A stretch of DNA of 64,000 bases. It comes from Rhodospirillaceae bacterium. GTDB lineage: Bacteria > Pseudomonadota > Gammaproteobacteria > Burkholderiales > SG8-41. The stretch is from the NCBI GenBank assembly GCA_050260255.1, contig JBLNBW010000044.1, positions 16,741-80,740 of the forward strand, in the 5' to 3' direction. A model generated the notes under the pieces. That model made no database searches and had not been told where the DNA came from. It saw nothing but the letters and a program-made list of their open reading frames with translations. Made by a program: the position numbers and the translations under genes. Shown here piece by piece: positions 34,445-42,225 of the stretch. The first letter of the stretch is position 1; the number at the start of each line of letters is the position of its first letter.

Positions 34445-35781
34445 CGCCCGCCCGCCTGAAGCTTGCGGTCGCAGCAGCGCTCGCAGCGTCGCTGCATGCC
34501 CACGCCGCGGACTTGCTGGATGTTTTCCGCCAGGCGCAAACCGCCGATGCAGTCTATGCCAGCGCGCGCGCCCAATGGGCCGCCGCGCAAGAGCGGATCC
34601 CGCAGGGCCGCGCCGGCCTGCTGCCTCAGGCCAGCATCTCGGCCAATACCTTGTACAACGATCGTTCGGTGACGTTTCGGGTTCCGGGGATACCGGGCAG
34701 CAGCACGCAATTCAATTCCAACGCCATCACGCTCACGGTCACGCAGCCGATCTTCCGGCGGCAGAACATGATCGCGTACGATCAATCGCGCACGCAGGTC
34801 GACCAGGCGGAAGCTCAGTTTGCGCTAGCCGCTCAGGACCTCATACTGAGAGTCGCGCAAGGCTATTTCGACGTGCTGCTCGCTCAGGACAACGTCGCGC
34901 TGTCGCAAGCACAGAAGGCCGCGATCGGCCAGCAGCTCGAACAGGCCAAGCGCAACTTCGAAGTCGGCACGGCGACCATCACGGACACGCACGAGGCGCA
35001 GGCGCGCTACGACCTCACGGTGTCGCAGGAGATCGCCACCCAGAACGACCTTGAGCTGAGGCGCCGCAGCTTAGAGCAGATCATCAATCAGTCCGCTCCG
35101 CCGCTCGCGCCGCTCAGCACGCGCCTCGCGCTGAAGGCGCCCGAGCCCGCCACGATGGACACGTGGGTGGATGAAGCGCGCCGCACGAATCTGCAGGTGC
35201 GCGCCGCCGAAGCGGGACTGCGGTTCGCCAGCCAGAACATCGAGCGCAACCGCAGCGGGCACTATCCGACGCTCGATGCGATTGCGAGCTATCAGGATCA
35301 AGCCCAGGGCGCCGGCATCTCCGGCGTGCAAAGTCCCGGCTTCGATGCCAGGGTGCGCGCCATCGGTCTGCAGGTGACGATACCGCTCTACCAGGGCGGG
35401 CTCGTCAACTCCCAAGTACGTGAAGCGATAGCCAACGAGGATCGCGCGCGGCAGGATCTGGAGAACGCGCGGCGCACCGCCGAGTTCAATGTCCGGCAAT
35501 CGTACCTCGGCGTCACCAGCGGTCTTGCCCAAGTGCAGGCCTTGCAGGCGGCGCTCGTGTCGAGCGAGAGCCAGCTCGAATCGACGCGCCTCGGTCAGCA
35601 GGTAGGGGTGCGCACGCAGGTGGACGTGCTCAATGCGCAGCAACAGCTCTATACCGCACGCCGCGACCTCGCGCAGGCGCGCTACAACTACGTGATGTCC
35701 CTGTTAAGGCTCAAGGCGGCCATCGGTCAGCTGACCGAAGACGATCTCGTGGATATCAACCGCTGGCTGGGCGCCTCGTAG
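34441..35781 (+). CDS. tolC: TolC-family outer membrane channel
   Basis: The TTG at 34441 gives MTPARLKLAVAAALAASLHAHA (signal peptide). Two repeated coiled-coil/beta-barrel halves. Ends ...INRWLGAS. TTGA overlap with the upstream stop. Confidence 0.85.
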   Translation: MTPARLKLAVAAALAASLHAHAADLLDVFRQAQTADAVYASARAQWAAAQERIPQGRAGLLPQASISANTLYNDRSVTFRVPGIPGSSTQFNSNAITLTVTQPIFRRQNMIAYDQSRTQVDQAEAQFALAAQDLILRVAQGYFDVLLAQDNVALSQAQKAAIGQQLEQAKRNFEVGTATITDTHEAQARYDLTVSQEIATQNDLELRRRSLEQIINQSAPPLAPLSTRLALKAPEPATMDTWVDEARRTNLQVRAAEAGLRFASQNIERNRSGHYPTLDAIASYQDQAQGAGISGVQSPGFDARVRAIGLQVTIPLYQGGLVNSQVREAIANEDRARQDLENARRTAEFNVRQSYLGVTSGLAQVQALQAALVSSESQLESTRLGQQVGVRTQVDVLNAQQQLYTARRDLAQARYNYVMSLLRLKAAIGQLTEDDLVDINRWLGAS

Positions 35782-35785
35782 CGCA

Positions 35786-37030
35786 TCAAAAGCGTACGAG
35801 CTCGAGCACGCGCTGCACCGCGCCCTGGTGTGCCCGGCAAAACGCCACGCCTGCTTCCCCCATCCGCCGCGCCCTGTTCCGATCGGTAAGCAGCTCACTC
35901 GCCTTATGCGCGAGATCCTCGACATCGGCGACCGATAACGCAGCCCCGCTTTCGACCGCGAGCTCGGCCGCTTCGGCGAAGTTATACCTGCTGGGGCCGA
36001 TCAACACCGGCTTGCCGACCGCGCAGGGCTCGATGAGGTTCTGGCTGCCGTACGGGAGCAGGCTGCCGCCGATGAAGGCGACATCGCACGCGGCGTAATA
36101 CGCGAACATTTCTCCGAGACTATCGCCGAGCAGCACTTCCGTATCGGGACGCACGGCAGCGTTCGCGCTGCGCCGCTGAAAGGCAAACCCGCGACGCTGC
36201 AATATGCCGGCGACTTCCTCGAAACGGTCCGGATGGCGCGGGACGATTACGAGCAACAGGTGCGCAACAGCCATGCGCTCCAGCGCGTCAAGCAACAGCT
36301 CTTCCTCGCCGTCGCGCGTGCTCGCCGCGAGCAGCACCGGACGCACGCCATAGTTTTCGCGCCACTGCACGCCCTGTTGCACGAGCGCGGGTGGCGGGAC
36401 GATATCGAACTTGAGGTTCCCCGAGATGCGCGGCGCGGATGCGCCCAACGCTGCGAGGCGCTTCGCGTCCGCTTCGGTTTGGGCTGCGATGCCGGCCAAA
36501 CCTCGCAGCGCCTCGGCCACGAGACCGGCGTGACGACGATAACCCGCGTACGATTTCTCCGACAGCCTCGCGTTGATGAGATATACCGGCACGTGCGCCG
36601 ATGCTGCTGCATGGATGAGATTCGGCCACAGCTCTGTCTCCATCAGCAGGCCTGCCGCGGGCTTGAAGTGCCGAAGAAAGCGGCGGACCGCGCCCGGATA
36701 GTCGTACGGCAGATAACATCGGTCTACGTTGGCACCGAACAAGAGCTGGCTCGTTTCGCGCCCCGTCGGGGTCATATGCGTAATGAGCAGGCGGTGCTGC
36801 GGATAGCGCTCGCGCAGCGCACGCACCAAGGGCTCCGCAGCCCTGGTCTCGCCCACGGATACGGCATGTATCCAGAGGTACGGCTGCGCGCTGCGCACGC
36901 CGCCGTAGAATCCGAACCGCTCCGGAACGTGGCTCAAGTACTCGCGCTGGCGACGCGCGCGCCACAACAAGCGCAACGGAACGAGCGGCAGCAACAGATA
37001 CAGCAACGCCGTATAAAGGGCGCGTCTCAT
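35786..37030 (-). CDS. waaA: 3-deoxy-D-manno-octulosonic acid (Kdo) transferase
   Basis: MRRALYTALLYLLLPLVPLRLLWRARRQ...ERFGFY...WIHAVSVGE. Confidence 0.9.
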   Translation of the reverse strand: MRRALYTALLYLLLPLVPLRLLWRARRQREYLSHVPERFGFYGGVRSAQPYLWIHAVSVGETRAAEPLVRALRERYPQHRLLITHMTPTGRETSQLLFGANVDRCYLPYDYPGAVRRFLRHFKPAAGLLMETELWPNLIHAAASAHVPVYLINARLSEKSYAGYRRHAGLVAEALRGLAGIAAQTEADAKRLAALGASAPRISGNLKFDIVPPPALVQQGVQWRENYGVRPVLLAASTRDGEEELLLDALERMAVAHLLLVIVPRHPDRFEEVAGILQRRGFAFQRRSANAAVRPDTEVLLGDSLGEMFAYYAACDVAFIGGSLLPYGSQNLIEPCAVGKPVLIGPSRYNFAEAAELAVESGAALSVADVEDLAHKASELLTDRNRARRMGEAGVAFCRAHQGAVQRVLELVRF

Positions 37031-37980
37031 GCCGAGCTCAGCACGTCACTGACCGCTTGCATCACTTCGCCGGTCGAAGGCGGGCGTCGCTTGCCGCCGA
37101 GATTGACGCCGCGCGGGCAGCCGTACAATCCGGTCGCGGCGGGATCGGTCGCGACGTACAGCGCGACCGTGGGCACGCCGAACGCGCCGGCGAGATGGGT
37201 GAGCCCGGTGTCGAGGCCGATTACCAGCGCCGCTCCGGCGAGCAGCTGCGCAGCCGCGTCGAGAGACAACCGCTCGGGCACGGCTGCGTTCGTCATCGCC
37301 GAAGCAAGACGCTCGCTGCGCGCTCGCTCCGTGGTGTTACCCCATGGCAGCACGATCCGCATACCATTAGCCACCAGCCGCTGCGCGACCGTTACCCAAT
37401 CGTCTTCGCGCCACAGCTTCGCCCGCGCGCTGGTGGAATGCAGCAACACGGCGTAGGGCGAGCCCGTCCGCACAGCGCAGCCATGCGATTCGACGCCGTA
37501 ATCAATCATGGATGATCGTCGGTACCCCAAGGCCTGCGCCACCAGCTCGCGGTTGCGCTCCACGGCGTGCAGCGTCCACGGCACGCGGAACGTCCGGTCG
37601 TACAGCCATCCCAGCGGCTCGCGTGCGCTATGCCAGTCGAGACCGTAACGCGGTCCGTGGGCCGCTCGGGCGACGAGCGCGCTTTTCATCAGTCCCTGCG
37701 TGTCGATGATGGCGTCGTAGTGATTGGCCCGAAGCCGTGCGATCGCCATGTGAATGTCGGCACGCGTTTCGGCGCGCCACCACCCCGTGCGCCACCGGCG
37801 GACGTTGACCGGAATGACGGTCCGCACGCCCGGATGCAAGCGCGGTATCGCGTCGTAGCTCTGCTCGACGAGCCAATCGATCGCCGCACCGGGTACGTTG
37901 CGTCGGATGTCGGAGATGACCGGAAGATTGTGGACGACGTCCCCGAGCGAAGACGTCTTCACGAGCAGTATGGAAATCAT
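37027..37980 (-). CDS. waaC: LPS heptosyltransferase I
   Basis: ILLVKTSSLGDVVHNLPVISDI, a GT9 family signature. ATGA overlap with waaA. Confidence 0.85.
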   Translation of the reverse strand: MISILLVKTSSLGDVVHNLPVISDIRRNVPGAAIDWLVEQSYDAIPRLHPGVRTVIPVNVRRWRTGWWRAETRADIHMAIARLRANHYDAIIDTQGLMKSALVARAAHGPRYGLDWHSAREPLGWLYDRTFRVPWTLHAVERNRELVAQALGYRRSSMIDYGVESHGCAVRTGSPYAVLLHSTSARAKLWREDDWVTVAQRLVANGMRIVLPWGNTTERARSERLASAMTNAAVPERLSLDAAAQLLAGAALVIGLDTGLTHLAGAFGVPTVALYVATDPAATGLYGCPRGVNLGGKRRPPSTGEVMQAVSDVLSSA

Positions 37981-38035
37981 GCGGTCATGTCGTCATCGCG
38001 CGGCGCGGCAGCCGCGATTGTAACCGCGCCGGCAT

Positions 38036-38062
38036 AAAAAAAGGCCGCCCGGAGGCGGCCTT
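38036..38062 (-). terminator. rho-independent terminator after the protease/FG-GAP gene
   Basis: Minus strand reads AAGGCCGCC-TCCG-GGCGGCCTT followed by TTTTTAT. 9-bp perfect stem, 23 nt after the stop at 38085. Confidence 0.8.
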
Positions 38063-38084
38063 CGCAAGTCGCGTTGCGTTGCGC

Positions 38085-39887
38085 TTACGACACGACCCAG
38101 TCGCTGCCCACCGTGCCGATGGTCGCGGAAGCGATGGTGTGGAGCTGATCCATGAGCTCGATCTTCTGCGCGCCGCTCGTGTCCTGCCACAGCAAATCGG
38201 AGCGGTGATCGTTGTTGAAGTCGCCCACGCCGGCGAGCTTCCATCCGGGCTGCGTTCCGGTGATGCTGCCCCAGCCGCCGACCGCGTGTTCGCCGTCCAT
38301 CAACCAGATGCTCACCGCGCCGCCGTCCTGCTGCCACACAATGTCGCTGTGATGGTCGCCGTTGAAATCGCCGATGCCGGCGACATGCCAGTCGAGAGGT
38401 GCGCTCGCCATCGCGCCGCCGCCGCCGTGCGACGTGCCGTCCATCAGCCACATCGCGACGGTGCCATTGTCGTTGCGCCAGAGCACGTCGGCTTTCGAGT
38501 CGCCGTTGAAGTCGCCTGTGCCGGCAACCTTCCAGTCTGCCGACATGCTGCCGGCCGTGCCGCCGCCGGTGATGCTGTGGTCGCTCATCTGCCAGGTGCT
38601 TACCGTGCCGTCGTCGCCGCGCCACAGCACGTCGGCTTTCGAGTCGCCGTTGAAGTCGCCCACGCCTTCGATGTGCTGGCTGGTCGGCGCGCTCGATACC
38701 ATGCCGCTGTCGATCGCAGAGGCGCCGTTCATGGTCCAGAGCGCCACACCGCCGTTGTTGTTGTGCCACAGGATGTCGCCCCGGCCGTCGCCATTGAAGT
38801 CGCCGTTGCCTGCGACCGACCAGTCGTTGCCCGCGCCCAGATTGGTGCCGCTCGTGCCAACCACCGAGGTGCCGCTCAGGCTGTGGATCTGCAGTGCGCC
38901 GGTGTTGACGTTACGCAGGAGCATGTCCGCGTTGCCGTCGCCGTTGTAGTCCACGAGGGTGGCCGCGAGGTCGGCGGCGAGCGCGTGCTGCGATCCGCTC
39001 GCCGGCTGCGTCGTCGTGGTCGTCGACGTCGATGCATCGTAAGTCGGCGTGGTGGTCGTCGTAGGCGTAGCCGACGTATCCGTTGTGGTCGTGGACGTCG
39101 TGTCCTGCGTCGGAGTCGTATGAGTGTCGGTCGTCGTGGTCGTCGTCGTGCTCGTCGATGTGCTCGTCGATGTGCTCGCGCTGGGCGCCGGCGTGCTGCT
39201 CTGGCTGCCGCTGATCATGTAATCGTTGCCATTGATCCAGTTGACGAGATCGTTGTAGACGCCTTTCACCGAGGCGCCCCAGCCCGACGTCGAAACCACG
39301 CCCGCTACGTGCCCCTGGCCGTCAGCGCCCTGGTACCACACCGGGCCGCCCGAATTGCCCGGGTTCAGCTGTATGCCGGAGTAGTTGATGATCGATTCGC
39401 CGCTCTGCGACGCAGAGGTGTAGTCGTTCACCATCTGCCAGCCGTACGCAGCCGGGAAGCCCGTGACGTTGACGTTGCCGCTCGTGAAGTTGGGATCGAG
39501 CTGCATCCAGCCCGTCTGGTTGCCCACCGCAGTACCGAGATCCACGAGCGCGATGTCGTGTTCCGAGCCGGTCAGCGTGGCAAGACCATCGTTGCCGCCC
39601 GGCATCAGCATGTGGCTGTTGTTCGGGTCGAAGTCCGTGTAGTAGTGGAACGAAGTGGACGTGTACTGACCGTAGGGCGCCTGTCCCCAGTTCGCGGGCG
39701 TGACGGTCACGCTCGTTGCAGCGCCGCCTTGATCGGGCATGTACAGCGCGTGGCTCGCCGTGAGCACGTCGTTGGGTCCAACCATGACGCCCGTGCCGCC
39801 GTACGATGCGCCCGACGGGAAGTTGATCTGGATGAAGACGATGGACCGCCAGAGTTCGGCAGTGGGATCTGATACTGCAACTGACAT
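38085..39887 (-). CDS. S1-family (chymotrypsin-fold, V8/Trypsin_2-like) serine protease fused to a Thr/Ser linker and six FG-GAP/VCBS Ca-loop repeats; no signal peptide; candidate T1SS cargo
   Basis: 600 aa. Catalytic triad in canonical order: TASH46AL, EHD111IALV, GNS179GGPV. Linker at residues 227-298. Six repeats carry DYNGDGNADMLL / GDFNGDGRGDILW / GDFNGDSKADVLW (twice) / GDFNGDHHSDIVW / GDFNNDHRSDLLW. Ends GSDWVVS. AGGGG SD 6 nt upstream of the ATG. Confidence 0.85.
   Translation of the reverse strand: MSVAVSDPTAELWRSIVFIQINFPSGASYGGTGVMVGPNDVLTASHALYMPDQGGAATSVTVTPANWGQAPYGQYTSTSFHYYTDFDPNNSHMLMPGGNDGLATLTGSEHDIALVDLGTAVGNQTGWMQLDPNFTSGNVNVTGFPAAYGWQMVNDYTSASQSGESIINYSGIQLNPGNSGGPVWYQGADGQGHVAGVVSTSGWGASVKGVYNDLVNWINGNDYMISGSQSSTPAPSASTSTSTSTSTTTTTTTDTHTTPTQDTTSTTTTDTSATPTTTTTPTYDASTSTTTTTQPASGSQHALAADLAATLVDYNGDGNADMLLRNVNTGALQIHSLSGTSVVGTSGTNLGAGNDWSVAGNGDFNGDGRGDILWHNNNGGVALWTMNGASAIDSGMVSSAPTSQHIEGVGDFNGDSKADVLWRGDDGTVSTWQMSDHSITGGGTAGSMSADWKVAGTGDFNGDSKADVLWRNDNGTVAMWLMDGTSHGGGGAMASAPLDWHVAGIGDFNGDHHSDIVWQQDGGAVSIWLMDGEHAVGGWGSITGTQPGWKLAGVGDFNNDHRSDLLWQDTSGAQKIELMDQLHTIASATIGTVGSDWVVS
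38088..38990 (-). repeat. intragenic tandem array of six ~144-nt (48-codon) FG-GAP-type units
   Basis: The periodicity is visible in the protein. Two units share a 42-nt block with 1 mismatch (38475-38516 vs 38619-38660, 35 nt identical). Confidence 0.7.
38994..39209 (-). repeat. low-complexity Thr/Ser/Pro linker coding region
   Basis: Encodes SQSSTPAPSASTSTSTSTSTTTTTTTDTHTTPTQDTTSTTTTDTSATPTTTTTPTYDASTSTTTTTQPAS. Includes the tandem 12-mer gtgctcgtcgat, about 2.6 copies, at 39148-39178. Confidence 0.7.
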
Positions 39888-40052
39888 AGCTACCCCTACT
39901 TTGTTTGATGTGCATTACGGCGCGTCCGGATCACCGGCATGCCGCCATTACTGATGAATGGAGCCGACAACGCGGCTGACAAAGCTGCTTCATCTTCTGT
40001 TCATGTCTTATCCTTTCTTTTCTCGTCGGTGCTGAGCCGCTGGCGCGGTTTG

Positions 40053-40751
40053 TCACGACGTTTTATGCGCAACGCATGTAGCGGATTCGGTGTCCCGGCC
40101 ATCGGCTGCTGAGCGGCGTGGCCCACGGCGATGCGGTGCGCTTGGGCTCCTCGAGAGCCGCGCAGCTAAAAGCAAGATGCATGCAACAGCGAGGATTGCC
40201 GCAACGAAAACGATGGTGATTAGCAATGCGCCATCGTCATGGACGCGGCATTCTTCCCTATGTACATCGCGGTGCTCAGTGCATTTGTCACGCTGCGATT
40301 CGATTGCATTGGATCGTCGGCGAGTCGCATGTTCGGCGGCGATTTTTGTCGGGCCGCCCCGACGCCTCGACGGCCGATTTCGCGCGAATGCACAGCGCGT
40401 GCCGCGAGCGTAATCGGGATGCTTTCCCTCTCATGACGAATGATCTTTAGCGATCATTTCAAGCGCGGCCCGTTGTCGCAGGACAGCGACGGCAGCATTG
40501 CACATCCCGCCAAGCGCGCCGCAGTGACATGCGAAACGCTTCGGTGCAATGGCATGAATATGCGCATATGCCCATACAGTGTCATGATTTCCCTCTTGAA
40601 TCGCGCTTCGCTCGACATGCCGGACGCATGGCACGCGAGGAAGAGCGAGTGCAATGTCATCGATATGGGTGTCTGTGATGCCCGACAGTGCAGGTGTTAC
40701 ATGCCACGTCGCCGATCGTGTGGGCGCTGCGTTCGGCGGACCAGCAGCCAT
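40053..40751 (-). pseudogene. possible interrupted gene: a 233-codon frame open except for one in-frame TGA (40431-40433); alternatively two small ORFs (106 aa and a 57-aa TM peptide)
   Basis: The track ORF 40431..40751 (MAAGPPNA...AKDHSS) continues in the same frame after the TGA. The continuation runs through HREECRVH and a clear TM helix LLITIVFVAAILAVACILLLA to the stop at 40053. GC3 is much lower than in neighbouring genes, there is no SD, and I recognise no family. Confidence 0.25.
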
Positions 40752-40815
40752 GACGCACGCATGTGCGGCTCACACAGCAGGTGAACAATTGAGCAAGAGC
40801 GCGCGCGAGACTGCT

Positions 40816-40839
40816 GCGCGCAGCGCATTGGCTGCGCGC
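40816..40839 (-). other. 9-bp perfect GC hairpin 36 nt downstream of the hlyD-family gene stop
   Basis: GCGCGCAGC-GCATTG-GCTGCGCGC, with no U-tract. Possible attenuator, processing site or rho-dependent pause site. Confidence 0.3.
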
Positions 40840-40874
40840 CAGCGTTCCGCGGGTTACGGCGAGTGCCGCGCGAG

Positions 40875-42206
40875 TTATTTCTCGCGCATCGCCTTGTTGA
40901 TCGACTCGGTGAGCGGTCTTAGCAGGTAGTCCAGCACCGTGCGCTCGCCCGTCGGTATGACGAGCATTGCCGGCATGCCGGGGAACAGCTTTACGTTGCT
41001 CTGCGCGGCCAGCTCGTCGGCTGGAATCTTTGCCTGCACCGCGTAGTAGCTCTGCCCGCTGCGGCTGTCGGTGAGGCGATCCGCCGACACCTGCGTGATG
41101 TGCGCTCGCATACTGGGAGTACTTCGCTGGGTATACGCAGTGAGGCGTACCTGCGCGTCCATGTCCGGATGCACGCCGTCGATGTCTTCGACGTTGACGG
41201 TTGCTTCGACCGCAAGCGCCTGGGTGTCCGGTACGATATCCATGATCTTCTCGCCACGCCCTATCACGCCGCCCACGCTGAAGACGGTCATCCCGACGAC
41301 GTAGCCGGAATACGGCGCGCGGATCTCGGTACGTGCCAGCGTGTCCTCGGCGACCTTGAGCTTGGGGCCTAGCTCAGCGAGCTTCGCCTGCACTTCGCGC
41401 AGATCACCGGCGACCTGTGCGGCACGATCAGCCTGCAGCTGCTGGATTTGCAGCGTCGCCTCGTTGATCACCTGGTTGGCCTTTGCGACATTCGCCTTGA
41501 CTTCGCCGACCTGCCCTTCGAGCTCGGCGGCGGAGCGCTCGAGCTCGAGCATGCGCTGACGCGGCACATAGCCTTTCTTGAACAGGTCGCGCAGCCCCGT
41601 CACCTCGCCGCGCGTGGATTCAAGCTGCTGCTGACGCGACACGAGGACCGCCCTGGAGCCTGTGATCTGCTCGCGCGTCTGCGCCACTTTCTGCTTGAGC
41701 AGCGATACCTGACCGGCGAGCGCCGTCTGCCGGCTTACGAACAGGTTCTCCTGTGCGCGCAGCAGTGTATCGACATCCGAATCGCTGCGGCGTGCGAGAA
41801 GCTCGTCGGGAAACGACACCGCCGCCGCGCCGTCCCTCTCGGCGAGCAGCCGCGCTTCCTGCGCGCGCAGATCGTCGTGCTGCTTGCGCAGCACACCGAC
41901 CGCGCCCAGCGCCTGCGTATTGTCGAGAACGATGAGCGTCTGGCCGGTTTCGACCTTGTCGCCCTCCTTCACGCGCAGCTCCTTCACGATGCCGCCGTCG
42001 AGATGCTGCACGCTCTTACGGTTGCCTTCGACCTTGACCACCGCGGGTGCGATGACCGCGCTGCTCACCGGGGCGACGGCGGACCAGATGCCGAGCGCCA
42101 GGACGAAAGCGCCGACTATGGCAAGACCGGTGAGTATCGGACGCCGCGCGTCGTCTTCGACTTGCGGAGCGGCCTCGCTCACGTATGAACTCAGAGTATT
42201 GGACAT
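40875..42206 (-). CDS. HlyD-family type I secretion periplasmic adaptor (membrane fusion protein)
   Basis: 443 aa. A single N-terminal TM (ILTGLAIVGAFVLALGIWSAV), a long coiled-coil, and a C-terminal beta-barrel ending VLDYLLRPL. Confidence 0.9.
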   Translation of the reverse strand: MSNTLSSYVSEAAPQVEDDARRPILTGLAIVGAFVLALGIWSAVAPVSSAVIAPAVVKVEGNRKSVQHLDGGIVKELRVKEGDKVETGQTLIVLDNTQALGAVGVLRKQHDDLRAQEARLLAERDGAAAVSFPDELLARRSDSDVDTLLRAQENLFVSRQTALAGQVSLLKQKVAQTREQITGSRAVLVSRQQQLESTRGEVTGLRDLFKKGYVPRQRMLELERSAAELEGQVGEVKANVAKANQVINEATLQIQQLQADRAAQVAGDLREVQAKLAELGPKLKVAEDTLARTEIRAPYSGYVVGMTVFSVGGVIGRGEKIMDIVPDTQALAVEATVNVEDIDGVHPDMDAQVRLTAYTQRSTPSMRAHITQVSADRLTDSRSGQSYYAVQAKIPADELAAQSNVKLFPGMPAMLVIPTGERTVLDYLLRPLTESINKAMREK

Positions 42207-42225
42207 GTTTATTCGATGCTTGTGG

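Noticed and set aside
38079-39872. 597-aa plus-strand ORF antisense to the protease/FG-GAP gene
   Set aside because: The translation is Arg/Ala/Val-rich and repeats only because it mirrors the sense-strand repeats. The sense strand has a catalytic triad, an SD and a terminator.
38085-39887. RTX (GGxGxDxUx) repeats in the putative T1SS cargo
   Set aside because: I scanned the translation and found no nonapeptide of this pattern. The Gly/Asp-rich loops are of the DxNxDxxxD FG-GAP type with a 48-residue period.
40431-40433. In-frame TGA as a selenocysteine or programmed read-through site
   Set aside because: Only a 4-bp GGGA...TCCC stem follows the TGA, so there is no convincing bacterial SECIS-like hairpin. 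A nonsense mutation or two separate ORFs are simpler explanations.
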